Positions 27,626 through 40,036 of a DNA stretch of 64,000 nucleotides are shown piece after piece. Numbering within the stretch: the stretch's first letter is position 1; each line of letters starts with the position of its first letter. A model generated the notes under the pieces. It saw only the letters and a program-made list of their open reading frames with translations. It was not told the DNA's origin and did not search any database. Position numbers and translations under genes: made by a program. This DNA comes from Azolla caroliniana (taxonomy: Eukaryota; Plantae; Polypodiophyta), in contig JBHGNT010000022.1 in the NCBI GenBank assembly GCA_043228905.1, positions 11,346,001-11,410,000 on the forward strand, written 5' to 3'.

Positions 27626-29983
27626 ATGAGACGGAGATTGAGTGCCAAGTGTGAGCAAGACCTTACACTTGTGGATCTGCTCAAGGATTGTGTCAAGAAC
27701 AAAGATCTCCACACAGGCTCTAGACTACATGCTGATATCCTGAGAAGAGGAATCCTCGAAAAGAGCCCTCGTCTTGCGAGCACGTTGATAAGCATGTATG
27801 CCAAATGTGGTGAGCTTGCAAAAGCCAATCAAGTGCTTCAAGAACTTCCGGTTCGAGACATCGTTTCGTGGAATGCCCTGATTTCCGGATATTTGCAACA
27901 TGGGCAATGCCATGGCGCACTCGATTGTTATGAACAGATGCAAAGAGAGGGTTTATCACCTGATGGGATCACTTTTACCTGCATCCTGAAGGCGTGTGGT
28001 AGCATAGGGTTCATTGACAAGGGCAAAAAAATCCACAATGAGATTGTCAACAAGGGTTTGTTGAAGAAGAATGTCGCACTTGGAAATGCTCTGGTCGATA
28101 TGTATTCCAAATGTGGTATGCTTACAAAGGCACGACAAGTGCTTGAAACCCTCCCCAATCGTAATGTAGTCTCTTGGTCTACGTTAATTGCAAGATATGC
28201 CCAAGTGGGTCAAGGCTATGAAGCACTTACTTGTTTTGAGCAGATGCAAAGTGAGGGAATCTCTCCGAATGAGGTCTCCTTCATTTGTATACTGAAGGCT
28301 TGTGGCAGCATAAGAGATATTGAGAAAGGCAAACAAATTCATGATCAAATTGCCAGTACAGGCTTGCTTATAAAAAATATCGTGCTTGGAAATGCACTAA
28401 TATACATGTATGTCAAGTGTAGGGAACTTGGGAAAGCAGCACAAGTGCTTGAAGAGCTTCCCGTTCGAGACACAATATCTTGGAATACACTTATTTCTGG
28501 ACATGTGCAAGAGGAGCAAGGTCTTGAAGCATTGAAATATTTCACCCAAATGCAAAGGGAGGGTCTCTCTCCAAATAGGATCACTTTCGTCTGTATTTTG
28601 AAGGCATGTGGAAGCCTAGGAGCTATCGACAAAGGCAAACAAATTCATGATGAGATTGTGAACAGAGGATCGCTGAAGGAAAATATTGTGCTTGGCACTG
28701 CATTGGTAGATATGTATGCAAAATGTGGTGTACTACACAAAGCACAAGAAATTCTTGAAGAGCTTCCTATTCGAGACATGATTGCTTGGTCTGCACTAAT
28801 TACAGGATATGCTCAAGAGGGAAAAGGTCATGAGGCACTCAATTGTTTTGAACGGATGCGGAAAGAAGGCCTCTCTCCGGATGATGTCACCTTCTCGAGT
28901 ATTTTGAAGGCATGTGGAAGAATAGGAGCTATTGACAAGGGCAAACAAATTCATGATGATATTATTAGCAGAGGTCTATTGAAGAAAAACATTATGCTTG
29001 GGAATGTGTTGGTTGATATGTATGCCAGAAATGGCGAACTAGCTAAAGCACAAGAGGTGCTGGAAGGCATGCCTATCCGTAATGTTGTCACGTGGAATAC
29101 ACTCATTGCAGGATATGCACAAGAGGAGAAAGGACATGAAGCATTGAAGAGCTTTGCAAGGATGCAAAAGGAAGGTCTCTCTCCAAATGAGATTACTTTC
29201 ACTTGCATCTTGAAGGCCTGTGGAAATGTGGGAGCTATTGACAAAGGCATACAAATTCATGATGAAATTATAAAAGGGGGCTGGTTGGAGCAAAATATTG
29301 TGCTTGGCAATGCTCTAGTGGATATGTATGCCAAATGTGGCATTCTTTCAAAAGCTCTGAAAGTGTTTGAAGAACTTCCTGTCCGTGATACAATATCTTG
29401 GTCAGCACTTATTTCAGGGTATGCTCAAGAGGGGCATTGTGATGAAGTAGTGAAGTATTTTAAAGAGATGTTAAGGGAGGGTCTCGCTCCAAATGAGGTA
29501 ACTTTCCTATGTTTGCTAAGTGCATGTAGTCACACAGGGAAATTAAATGAGGCAGAGATGTATTATGAGGATATGAGCCTAAAATACGGGGTGCTGCCAC
29601 AGTTGGCACACCACACATGCATGGTGGTGGTTTTTGGATGTGCAGGGCACTTTGACAAGGCAATGTCAGTGATCAAGACGATGCCATCTTCTGATGATAC
29701 TTCAGTTTGGCTTGCACTATTGGGTGCTTGCAAGAAATGGGGAAATGTGAATCTTGGGAAATTAGCCTTTCATCAGGCAATACAACTTGATGATAACATT
29801 GCAGCAGCTTATATTGTGATGGCTAATATTTATTCGGAGGCTGGAATGCAAGAGGATGCAGAAAAGGTTAAAGCCATGACAGTGAACATTGCTCCTTGGC
29901 AAAAGCCTGGGATGAGGGTTTTGGTTGATGTAAACGGAAATCTTCAGTCATTTTCTATTGGGAAAGTAAGGATGTATATATAA
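27626..29983 (+). CDS. PLS-class PPR protein with E1/E2 motifs and a truncated PG-box-like tail, no deaminase core
   Basis: 785-aa intronless ORF; ends ...AYIVMANIYSEAG...WQKPGMRVLVDVNGNLQSFSIGKVRMYI*. Confidence 0.93.
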   Translation: MRRRLSAKCEQDLTLVDLLKDCVKNKDLHTGSRLHADILRRGILEKSPRLASTLISMYAKCGELAKANQVLQELPVRDIVSWNALISGYLQHGQCHGALDCYEQMQREGLSPDGITFTCILKACGSIGFIDKGKKIHNEIVNKGLLKKNVALGNALVDMYSKCGMLTKARQVLETLPNRNVVSWSTLIARYAQVGQGYEALTCFEQMQSEGISPNEVSFICILKACGSIRDIEKGKQIHDQIASTGLLIKNIVLGNALIYMYVKCRELGKAAQVLEELPVRDTISWNTLISGHVQEEQGLEALKYFTQMQREGLSPNRITFVCILKACGSLGAIDKGKQIHDEIVNRGSLKENIVLGTALVDMYAKCGVLHKAQEILEELPIRDMIAWSALITGYAQEGKGHEALNCFERMRKEGLSPDDVTFSSILKACGRIGAIDKGKQIHDDIISRGLLKKNIMLGNVLVDMYARNGELAKAQEVLEGMPIRNVVTWNTLIAGYAQEEKGHEALKSFARMQKEGLSPNEITFTCILKACGNVGAIDKGIQIHDEIIKGGWLEQNIVLGNALVDMYAKCGILSKALKVFEELPVRDTISWSALISGYAQEGHCDEVVKYFKEMLREGLAPNEVTFLCLLSACSHTGKLNEAEMYYEDMSLKYGVLPQLAHHTCMVVVFGCAGHFDKAMSVIKTMPSSDDTSVWLALLGACKKWGNVNLGKLAFHQAIQLDDNIAAAYIVMANIYSEAGMQEDAEKVKAMTVNIAPWQKPGMRVLVDVNGNLQSFSIGKVRMYI

Positions 29984-31849
29984 AGATTAAATATGTCCCA
30001 AGAATTGCAGGATGAGATTGCTCTGGCTAATGTGCAGTTGGTGCTCTACGAATGAACACCATGCCTGTGTCTGATGCTAGCTATATTACGACCATCATCA
30101 TTGATCAACCAAGAATGGTGATGGCTTGTATATTCTCCTTGTGGGTCCAATAAAAGGAGAATTCTTAATAGCTTTTTACCATTGCCAGACTCCATCAAAT
30201 ATAGACATTGAAACATCTATTATGATATAAAAGAAGATATTCAAGCCATGAATGTTATAAAGAGCTGATGGTCGTGCTGTCATAAGGTTTGAACTTTGAA
30301 GTCTTGAAGAAAACAGAAAAGAGTATGACGATGACGGAAGCCTGATGGAACCACACAGTATCCAGAGTGTTTAGTGTGTCACTATGCATGACCCACTGAA
30401 TACCTATGGAGCTTGTCCATATCCCACAACAAATGCATCCCACAGCACTATGTGAATTAGCAGAGTTTCAGAGAACTCAGAAATTGGCAACCAAAATTAT
30501 CATGCATTGACCTGCCACATTTAAAGAAACATCAAGCTACCACAAAATTGAGGTGCTTCCAAGTCATGCACAGACCCTTGATTTGAATTATGAAAGCTCA
30601 AAAGTGAAGTATTATTTCTCTATTGCAATAATTCAAAATTTAAACTTGACCCATTACTGCACTTCAGATTAATTCAAAGTGACTTTGAGTGTCCATCCAA
30701 TTACATGATGGTTTGAGCAAAGTACATGGTGCTGATGTACTTAATTTGATCTGTCACTCTATACTTCAGTCTTCAATCAACAGATGGTTTGTGAAATGCC
30801 TACTTGAAATGAGTGTTCATTCAACAATTGAAAATGTAACCATTTTTTGTCAAATTCCTAACAATTTTGCCTCAAGTAACACTACAAACTTAAGGCATAT
30901 GGATCAAAATTGGCCTATATGTTAGGGAACCTACAGGACTCAGCTTGTTTACTTTTAAAATCACTGGAATCTGGTTGATCAAAGCCAAGGCTCCTAATGG
31001 TATGAATTATTTGCTTAAACACTAATTTAAATGACATGATATATTATTTACACTCTACATAATTAAAAACCATCTGAATCATCCGAAGTAATAAAACTAT
31101 CGGCACCAATAGAAAAACCAAAGTATATCCTCAAGTTGATGCAATGACCACTAGAGTCTAGCACAGCGGAAAGTACCAAGAGCGAGCGGACCTCATCCTG
31201 TTCAGAACCACAGGACAGTATGCAACATATAACCATGTATCACAACAAAATCCTTGTTACATTGCTCTTGTTTCCTATGTTACCAAACTTGATCACGGGA
31301 TAAAGGCAAATGCAAACATCTCAGACTGGGTAATTGTCATCTAGTGATGGCAAATATAGCGTTGAATAAAACCAAGAAAAGATAAGGTGCTAACAGGCAA
31401 CTTTAGCGTGCAGTTTATGAGAGGGAACTGACAGATCACAATTTATGATGCATATTTGGCAGGACAGCCTTCAAACAACAGTGAAAAGAGGTTGAACAGC
31501 CAACATAATTTACACGGTAAGGACTGTTTTATATGCGATATTCTGTATCCTCATAACAACAAAAGTTGATTGTCCAAAAAGCATTGATCTTTGACAAAAC
31601 CAATTAGAACCACGTATAGAAACAAAGGATATTGTCCAGAATACATCAATCGTGAACAGAATCAGTTAGAAACACAAGTATTAGGTCTCGAGAATGTCCA
31701 TGTAAGTGAACACTTTTCAGAGATGCAGCTAGCTTCTCAACTTTTGACGCAGATTTAAGAAAGTGATGGACCTTTGGCCTTCATGTAAATAAGACCCAAG
31801 CATGACCACCAAGGTATACACTTTGCGTCAAGCATGGCTTGCATATATC

Positions 31850-32053
31850 ATGGTTCAAGCCTAAACCGAACCGTTAAACTGTTTACAACAGTTTGGCAGC
31901 TCAGTTCAGACTTGAGCTTCATAAACCAGTTTGGCAAGGTTCAAGCTAAACCAAACTGGATGGGGTGAAACCGGTTAACCTTTAACCGGTTTGGTTCACG
32001 TTTGAAAACTTCCAAACCAGTTAAGCCGAAACCGAACCGTTGTCGATTCCTAG
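31850..32053. mobile_element. hAT-like MITE, partial; inverted relative of 14882-15131
   Basis: Terminus CCGTTGTCGATTCCTA; internal aaccg arrays match the reverse complement of the 14882 element. Confidence 0.7.
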
Positions 32054-32819
32054 TAAGGTGTATCACAATAAGGGCAGGGAAATGAAACCTCAGTGGTCAA
32101 GATATTATAATCCATCTGGGCATGCACCAGTGTATACACACTGAATCTGCAATGTCGCTGTCAACAGACAGAACAAAAGACAAAACCCAATCTTTAGCTT
32201 GCATGGGCTGCAAAGGTGTTTCCTTGTGAAATAGATCAGAATAAAACTCAATCGCCATCTCCATGGCCCACATCAAATCAGTATGTAACTGCACTAAGTT
32301 CTAACTCATTCTTCAGGGTGCTCGTGTAAAGCCAAGAAGAAATCCCCATTTATCTTTTATCTGCCTTATGAGTCCATTAGGCCATGGGTGAATAATGAGA
32401 GGCAGCAGTACGATGTTACTCAAGGGTAAGAACCTCTGTATGTGCAACCCTTTGCCAAACCATCAATTAAGAATCCAGTGGTACAACTCAAATTATTGTT
32501 GCAATGAGAATAAATTTTGTACCCAAACCTTGGCAATACACAGTAGTTAGTTGATATGGCAAAACATCAGGCAAAAGGCAGTACTAGATCTACATAGAAA
32601 CAGCATGTCTTTCTCTACATTTGCATCTTTTAAAGGAATATTCAGCGGGTTCAGTGGCCTAATTCTCAAGTTTCGCCAAGTGGGTTTAGATTGGAAGTCA
32701 TTTTTTATATCTTCAGGAATATGATTTGTGTTTCTGTCTCCGGATACTATACTTACGCATTTTTGGATTAAACCATGCGTATACTATTCCCGGAAATCCC
32801 CCTTATAAAACTTTTTAAT

Positions 32820-35393
32820 TTACACATGTTTCTTTATTTTCCAAGCATTTGCATCCCAAATGGAAGAAGAATTTAAATTTCTCATGGCATCGACCCAGGT
32901 GCTCTTTTTCCAAGCAACATTCTCTACTCTCATTTTCTCAACATTCTCTGCATCCTCATGCATCCCAGCAGCTGCATAGATATTAGCCATAACAACATAA
33001 GCAGTTGAGAGACTATTATCCAAATGTGTTATTTCATCAAAAGCCAACTTCCCAAGCTTCACATTTCCCCATTTTCTACAAGCACCAAGAAGAGCAAGCC
33101 AAACTGAAGTATCTTCAGAGGATGGCATTGTCTTCATCACTGACATTGCCTTGTCAAAGCGCCCTGCACATCCGAAAATGACTACCATGCAAGTATGATG
33201 CTCTAAAATTGGCGTGATACCATAGTTTCTACTCATATCCTCATAATAACTCTGAGCCACATCCAAGTTTCCTGAGTGACTACATGCATTCAGCACACTT
33301 ACAAAGGTCACATCATCTGGACACAGACCCTCCCTTTGCATCCTTTGAAAACAGTCCAATGCTTTACAAACTTGTCCATCTTGAGCATATCCTGCAATTA
33401 ATGCTGACCAAGAGACCACATCTCGAATATAAAGCCCTTCAAGTACTTGTTGTGCTTTTGCAAGGAGACCACATTTTGCATACATGTCCACCAGAGCAGT
33501 GCCAACCACAATGCTTTTCTTGAGAAATCCCCAATTGACAATTGCATAGTGAATTTGTAATCCTTTACCAATTGCTCCAATACTACCACATGCTTTCAGG
33601 ATGCAAGCTAAGGTGACTTCATTTGCAGGAAGGCCATCCCTTTGCATCTGTCCAAAACAATTGAGTGCTTCGTGACCTTGATCATGTTGGGTATAGCCTG
33701 CAATGAGTGTATTCCACGTCACTACATTTCGCATAGGAAGGTCTTCGAGCACTCGTTGTGCATTTGAAAGGGAACTGCACTTCGCATACATATCAACCAA
33801 AGAATTTCCAAGCACAATATTGTTTCCAAACAATCCCCTACTGACAATCTCGCCATGAATAGATTTTCCCTTGTCAATGGCTTTCATGCTGCCACAAGCC
33901 TTGAGGATACAAGCAAAGGTTATGCCATCCGCTGTCAGACCTTCTCTTTGCATACATGCAAAACAATTCAGTGCTTCATTACCTTGCTCATTTTGGGCAT
34001 ATCCTGCAATTAGTGTGTTCCAAGAGACTATGTCTCGAACAGGAAGCTGATCAAGCACATGCCGTGCTCTTGCAAGCATACCAGATTTCGCATACATATC
34101 TACCAAAGCATTGCCAAGCACAATACTTTTCCGTAGCAACCCACTATTTTCAATTTCATCATGAATTTGTTTTCCTTTATCAATGGCTCTGATGTTGCCA
34201 CATGCCTTTAGAATGCAAGTCAACGTTATCTCATCTGGAGAAAGTCCCTCCCTTTGCATTCTTGCAAAACAATTGAGTGCTTTGTGGCCTTCCTGATGCT
34301 GGGCATACCCTGCAATTATGGCATTCCAACACACTACATTCCGAACAGGAAGTTCATCGAGTACTTGTTGTGCTTTTGTAAGTAAACTACATTTGGCATA
34401 CATATCCACCAAAGCAGATCCCAGCAAAATATTTTCCTTGAGCAACCCCCTGCTGACGATCTCCTCATGCATTTGTTTGCCCTTGTCAAGATCTCCTATG
34501 CAACCAGATGCCTTCAAGCCACAGGTGTAAGTGATTTCATTTGGAGAAAACCCCTCATCTTGCATATGCACCATGCATTTCAGTGCTTCGTGACTTTGCT
34601 CATGTTGGACATAGCCTGAAATTAGCACATTCCACGTCACAATGTTTCGAGTGGGAAGCTGTTGAAGAACTCCCCATGCTTTTGCAAACATACCACATTT
34701 GGCATACATATCCAACAAAGCATTGCCAAGGATAGTATTGCTCTTTAATAAGCCCCTAGGAAGAATCTCATCATGGATTTGTCTGCCCTTGTCGATATTT
34801 CCTGTGAGTCCACAAGCATTAAAGAGACAAGTAAAGGTGACCTCATCTGGAGATAAACCCTCCCTCTGCATTCTTTCAAAACAATGGATTGCTTTATAAC
34901 CTTGCCCCTGTTGGGTATACCCAGAGATAAGAGCATTCCAACAGACTACATCTCGAACACAAAGATCTTCGAGCACTTGTTGCGCTTTAGTGAGAGCGCC
35001 ACATTTGGCATACATATGAATCAAAGTGCAAGCGACATAAGGGCTGTCCACAAGTGGCCCATGTTTCAGGACCTCGGAATGTAATCGAGTGCCTTCATAC
35101 AAGTCCTTATTTTTGGCACATGCCTTGAGTAATTCCACAAAAGATGAGCTCTTTGGCTTGCAGACTGGTGGTTGTCCCACACTGACCATTCCTGTCCTGC
35201 TCAGTTCATTGAGAACCCAACATGGGTTAAACCATCCCTCCATCCACAAGGCTTCTTTAGTGATGCTGTGTCTGAAATCTGGAGACATGGGGTTGTACTT
35301 AGAATGACGATTATCATTCCACAAGGAGGGGTTCCTAAACAAGTCTTTCCAAAGTAGGTCAGTCCTTCCATAGCTCCCCATGTGTCTTGCCAT
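32820..35393 (-). CDS. PLS-class PPR-E protein with an intact N-terminal PDF (OSB-type ssDNA-binding) motif, no DYW core
   Basis: 857-aa intronless ORF; residues 13-64 LLWKDLFRNPSLWNDNRHSKYNPMSPDFRHSITKEALWMEGWFNPCWVLNEL, then P-L-S triplets, E1/E2 and tail WKKSTWVD. Confidence 0.92.
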   Translation of the reverse strand: MARHMGSYGRTDLLWKDLFRNPSLWNDNRHSKYNPMSPDFRHSITKEALWMEGWFNPCWVLNELSRTGMVSVGQPPVCKPKSSSFVELLKACAKNKDLYEGTRLHSEVLKHGPLVDSPYVACTLIHMYAKCGALTKAQQVLEDLCVRDVVCWNALISGYTQQGQGYKAIHCFERMQREGLSPDEVTFTCLFNACGLTGNIDKGRQIHDEILPRGLLKSNTILGNALLDMYAKCGMFAKAWGVLQQLPTRNIVTWNVLISGYVQHEQSHEALKCMVHMQDEGFSPNEITYTCGLKASGCIGDLDKGKQMHEEIVSRGLLKENILLGSALVDMYAKCSLLTKAQQVLDELPVRNVVCWNAIIAGYAQHQEGHKALNCFARMQREGLSPDEITLTCILKACGNIRAIDKGKQIHDEIENSGLLRKSIVLGNALVDMYAKSGMLARARHVLDQLPVRDIVSWNTLIAGYAQNEQGNEALNCFACMQREGLTADGITFACILKACGSMKAIDKGKSIHGEIVSRGLFGNNIVLGNSLVDMYAKCSSLSNAQRVLEDLPMRNVVTWNTLIAGYTQHDQGHEALNCFGQMQRDGLPANEVTLACILKACGSIGAIGKGLQIHYAIVNWGFLKKSIVVGTALVDMYAKCGLLAKAQQVLEGLYIRDVVSWSALIAGYAQDGQVCKALDCFQRMQREGLCPDDVTFVSVLNACSHSGNLDVAQSYYEDMSRNYGITPILEHHTCMVVIFGCAGRFDKAMSVMKTMPSSEDTSVWLALLGACRKWGNVKLGKLAFDEITHLDNSLSTAYVVMANIYAAAGMHEDAENVEKMRVENVAWKKSTWVDAMRNLNSSSIWDANAWKIKKHV

Positions 35394-35859
35394 GAATGTA
35401 ATGGAAAATTACCATACATCTCTTTCTCTCCCCATGGTCTCCCCTCCCCTCCCCTGTTCTTCTTCTTCTTCTTCTTCTTCTTCTTCTTCTTGAAGTATTG
35501 ACACATCAACAAATTCACAGGACTGGTGGCCATGATTGTTGACATACATCCACATTGTGTGTCTGGTGCATACATAGATGCCATGCATATCATATGTATG
35601 CAGGCATGCTGCATGGTGCTCACCTCTTTCATGGATGAGCTCCAGATTTCTCATTGTATGTATGTTGTATGCACAGCCAATACGATCATCCCTTCTTAAA
35701 TTTAGGGATTGCTAACTAAGAGGAATTGAACACGTGTTTCATCATGTCTTTTCTCTCAGGGGAGTCAAATTTTTAGCTTTCCTGTTGTATAAGGTAGTAG
35801 TGTTCAACCACCCTATGTGTAAGGAATATGAGAAATGGGTTCTTGTTCAATGGTGTGCA

Positions 35860-36219
35860 TAACATTCGGCAATGGTTCGGTTTGGAATCGAACCGTTTAC
35901 AAAATTTTGAAACCTTAACCGAACCGAACCACGAAACCATTAAACCGAATAACATTTTTCAAAACCATAAAACCGTTAAAAACTGCGGTTTCGTGGTTCG
36001 GTTGGTCTAATTTTAATTTTTAAATTTATAATATTTCATTTTTAAAAATTTTTTAAATTTTAAAGATGTTCCTAAAATGTGAGAATAAGGTCTACAAATG
36101 AAAAGATTGTTTAAAAAACAATGTTTTAAATTAGTATTTTTTTAAATAAAAAATAAAAAATTGTTAAGTCGTTAAGTCGCGGTTCGGTTCGGTTCAAACC
36201 GAACCGTTGTCGATTGTTA
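35860..36219. mobile_element. hAT-family MITE, 360 bp
   Basis: TIRs TAACATTCGGCAATGG / CCGTTGTCGATTGTTA; perfect 8-bp TSD GGTGTGCA (35852-59, 36220-27). Confidence 0.9.
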
Positions 36220-36559
36220 GGTGTGCACGATAGATACATAGGGTTCAAAGTCAAAAGAGTATGTATAAATGGGTTCTTGTAACTCTTCAAATTAATACTT
36301 TAACTCATAGCACGCAATCTAGAACACCAACCAACCTTTCTTCACATGAGATCACTAGGTAATGGGCTTATGAAAACCCCTTATCCTTAATAACCCTTTA
36401 TTCCATCCACTTTTTTTTTTTTTCCAAAAAAAACATCTACTTCCATTAGTTAAGAATGTACAAAGGAATCATTTACAACTCATATCTTACAAGACATCTT
36501 GCATGTCAAAGGAAAACAATGTGAAGATGAAACAACATAAAAAACAACTCCAAAACACC

Positions 36560-39225
36560 ACTTATGTTTGACAAACAACTTGTAATAAAAATCACTTGTT
36601 GTTGTCATAGTTAATCTCTTGTTTCCAACCAATTTCCAATCAAGCTCTTGAGAAATCTGCCATCTAAATCAGGATTTGGCTCATACTATACGATGATGAT
36701 AATCCTTGCAATTATCCCAAATAAAAGGCACAACCTCTTGGATATACGAGATTTTGATATTTGTTGTTTGAAAGGCCATTGATATTCTTTGTGGCACCAA
36801 CATAGTATCCTTCAGTGTTACCAAACCTAATCTCAAAATCCGATGAAATCGAAGGTTAAGATGTTGTTTTACATTCCCACATCAACAACCTTGATGTCAC
36901 CAAAACCGCTATTTGTAATGAATAGTCACATCCCCTTTCTTCTAGAGGGTGCCATTGCACAAAATCCAACATACTCTACAAGTTGTCAACAAATGATTAA
37001 CTCTCATAGACCCTACACATTTTACATGCCTTTCAGAATTAATGACATTCCACCAATTAGCTTTAATTGTCATGTTTCAAAGCTTAATTTCTATATGGCG
37101 CCATTTTCATCCAAGGTTGTACACCCTCGAACATAAAGCAAATGAAGGTAAATCAACAAGCTATCATTTGTTCATAATATTGATGCCCCACCAAAATACT
37201 TATGCTAGAATTAAGACCTTTAATACATAACCTTGTCCTCCATATTTTTAGATACACACTCAATATGTTTCACATAAGAGATTTCCACCCAATTAGATAT
37301 CCACGGTAATGACAAATCATACCACGATGTACTATCCTTTTTTAACACCCTGGTCCCCAACCCCAACATATATTGTTCTCTACATGATTATGCATATTAA
37401 TGCTTAACCCTTAAGCATTTGAAACATTTCCCATACATATCATGTCTTACTAATATCTTCTAGATTAGGTGCCAAAAACATGATGTGGTCATCATTTGCG
37501 AGAGCTTGAACAATACATGGTTTCCCTAATGGCAACATTAGTCCAAGCAATTCTTCATTCACAACCATATTGTGTAATTTAACAAGAATATATGATGTGT
37601 CATAATAATGAACAATAAAGTACTAATTAGGCATCCTTGTCTCATTGACCTTCGAGTAGATAGGTTGGGTTACTCCTCCATTAAACATCACAAGTGAAAC
37701 AATGCCCTTCCCTAGTGTGTATATAAACGTAGACATGTGATTACTAAAACCCATATGAGACATCAATTTATTTATAAATGACTAATCCACATTATCATAT
37801 GCTTTCTCAAGACCCATATGTAATGACACTAATCATTGCTTAGACTCCTCTGCGTAGTCAATTGTCATTTGAACATTTAAAATATTCTTTAAATTATCAC
37901 TTTTTGCTAAGAACCTAGACTTAACATTATGAATAATAGGAGGCAAAACCTTTTGTAATCTATTGGCCGCGACTTTTGCAAAAATCTTGTACATACCCTC
38001 ATCAATGAAATATGCCTCCACTTAGCAACGGAAGATGGAGAAGGCACCTTTATTAAACCAATCTTCCAGAATGAGGCATTTCCTTTTATGGTCACACCTT
38101 CTAAAATAAGACCATAAAAGGTTCATTTAACTTAATCATATATTTCTTACAGAGGTCATTTGTCAATCCATCCCACCCAAGACACTTATAATTAGTAAGA
38201 TGGCATCCCAACATTCGTTGGCCAATAAGTTAATAATGAAATGCATTTATTGAGAAACTTAACTAGGAGACTTAATTTCTTTCTCCTTCTAATGGTACGA
38301 TGAATTCCATAATATCTAGTTGATTTCTAAACATTCGCAACAAACACTTCCCATGTATCATACCCATAAAATTGAACACAATAAACAAATATATCAATCA
38401 ATTGACACATATAGGCATGGACAACCTCATGACCTAAAAATGATGAATTGAAAATCAAAGGGTTGTTTTCCTAAGAACTTGTGAAAAACACTAACTAGGT
38501 GGTGTGTGAATTCAAAAATTAATGGCGAATGATCTGATACAATTGACCAATAAGAAATTGAAATATCCAAGACCCTTCATAATGCATAATGACCCTAAAC
38601 CCTTCATTATGCATTATATCATTCAATCCAACCTACGATAGGTATCCTTATATCAAGTCTATTGAAAGTTATAACCAAGTTCATCTCCATTGATCCATTC
38701 CATACATCCCTTAACATATAGCTTTGTCTCAAACCCACTCTTGAGCCTTTATTCTATACATAATAGAGTGAATAGATGTTGATTGTTTTGTCTTGCAACA
38801 AACATTAAAATCTCCCATTAGTAAACTTAATTGACCATTATCAAGTGCCAAATTTAGTGATCTCTAATAATAGCTCCAATTCTTGTGAAACATTCAATGC
38901 ATAAATACCAACTAACCAACCAAAGAACTTGCCCTTGAAAACATGTCTCAACCACTATAAATCTTCTAAACTCATATGAAACAATTACTTTTGGGTGAAA
39001 TTCATCTTTAATAAACATCACAATTCAAGAACAATACCTTTGAACATCGCCAAAATAATATAGTATATAATCCTTAGAGCAACAAAGTAATCCAATATTA
39101 CGATGATCTTTTTATTCTATTGCACATAAAACATCCCGAGGCTTCCTCAACACAACCCTCCAAACCTTATGCATTGGAAAGCTAGAACATATTCCCCTCA
39201 TAATCCATGTTGTGATCTTCATACT
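36560..39225 (-). mobile_element. Highly degenerate LINE ORF2 remnant
   Basis: MKITTW-like endonuclease start at 39222; RT remnants KIFAKVAANRLQKVLPPIIH, YDNVD, RQGC; 36560-37190 resembles 58575-59190. Confidence 0.75.
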
Positions 39226-39387
39226 TTATTTATTTTCCTTCAATCCGAGAGAATTGCCTTCTCCTTCACTGTTGATGTTTTTTTGCCATATATCAGAATA
39301 AATATCCTTGATGGGAATTATGATGGGAATGAAGAAGAACTTTAAGACCCTGATGGCTCCTCCCATGGACAAGGCGAGGCGCCTGTT

Positions 39388-40036
39388 TAACAATCAACAA
39401 CGGTTCAGTTCGGTTTGGAGTGTGAACCTCAAACCATTTAAAAAACTGAAACTGAAACTGAACCGAACCAAACCATGAAATTGTTAAAACTGAAACCGTT
39501 ACAAAAATTCAAGCTCAAACCAAATGGTTTTAGAGACTTTCAAACCTTTAAACCATTAAAAGCGCAATTTCGTAGTTCAAATTTGGTTTTCAAGTTACGT
39601 CACAATTCCAAAATTTAGATTTTTATTTTAAAAAACTTAAAATTTTCAATATTTCAAATTTTAAATTTTCAAAACGTAAAGATTTCTCTTAAAATATCAA
39701 AATTAGGTTTAAAATGTTTAAAAAAGTATTTAAGAAAACTATTGAGAGTCAATCATAAACTATCAAACCGCCGATCATATAGAGTTTAAAATCTTGTAAA
39801 ATTTTTACACTAATGACATGATATCTTCTCTAAAACAAAAAAAAGTAAAAAAAATTTGTCAAACAGTTTTAATCGAAAATTGTTATAGGCTCGAACCGAA
39901 CCAGTAAAACCCCCAAACCGAATCAAATTGAATCGAACCCAAACAATTTACAAAAACTTGAACTTGAGCTGAACCATTTAAACCGTAAAATTGCGGTTTC
40001 TCGGTTCAGTCAAAACCGAACCGTTGCCGATTGCAA
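39388..40036. mobile_element. hAT-like MITE, ~650 bp, close relative of 13202-13734
   Basis: TAACAATCAACAACGG ... CCGTTGCCGATTGCAA; shared internal block acaaaaattcaagctcaaaccaaa(t/c)ggttttagagactttcaaacc; no TSD seen. Confidence 0.8.

Noticed and set aside
32580-32819. Possible DYW remnant downstream of the 32820 stop
   Set aside because: Only weak resemblance (HIPEDIKND); no HxE or CxxC motif
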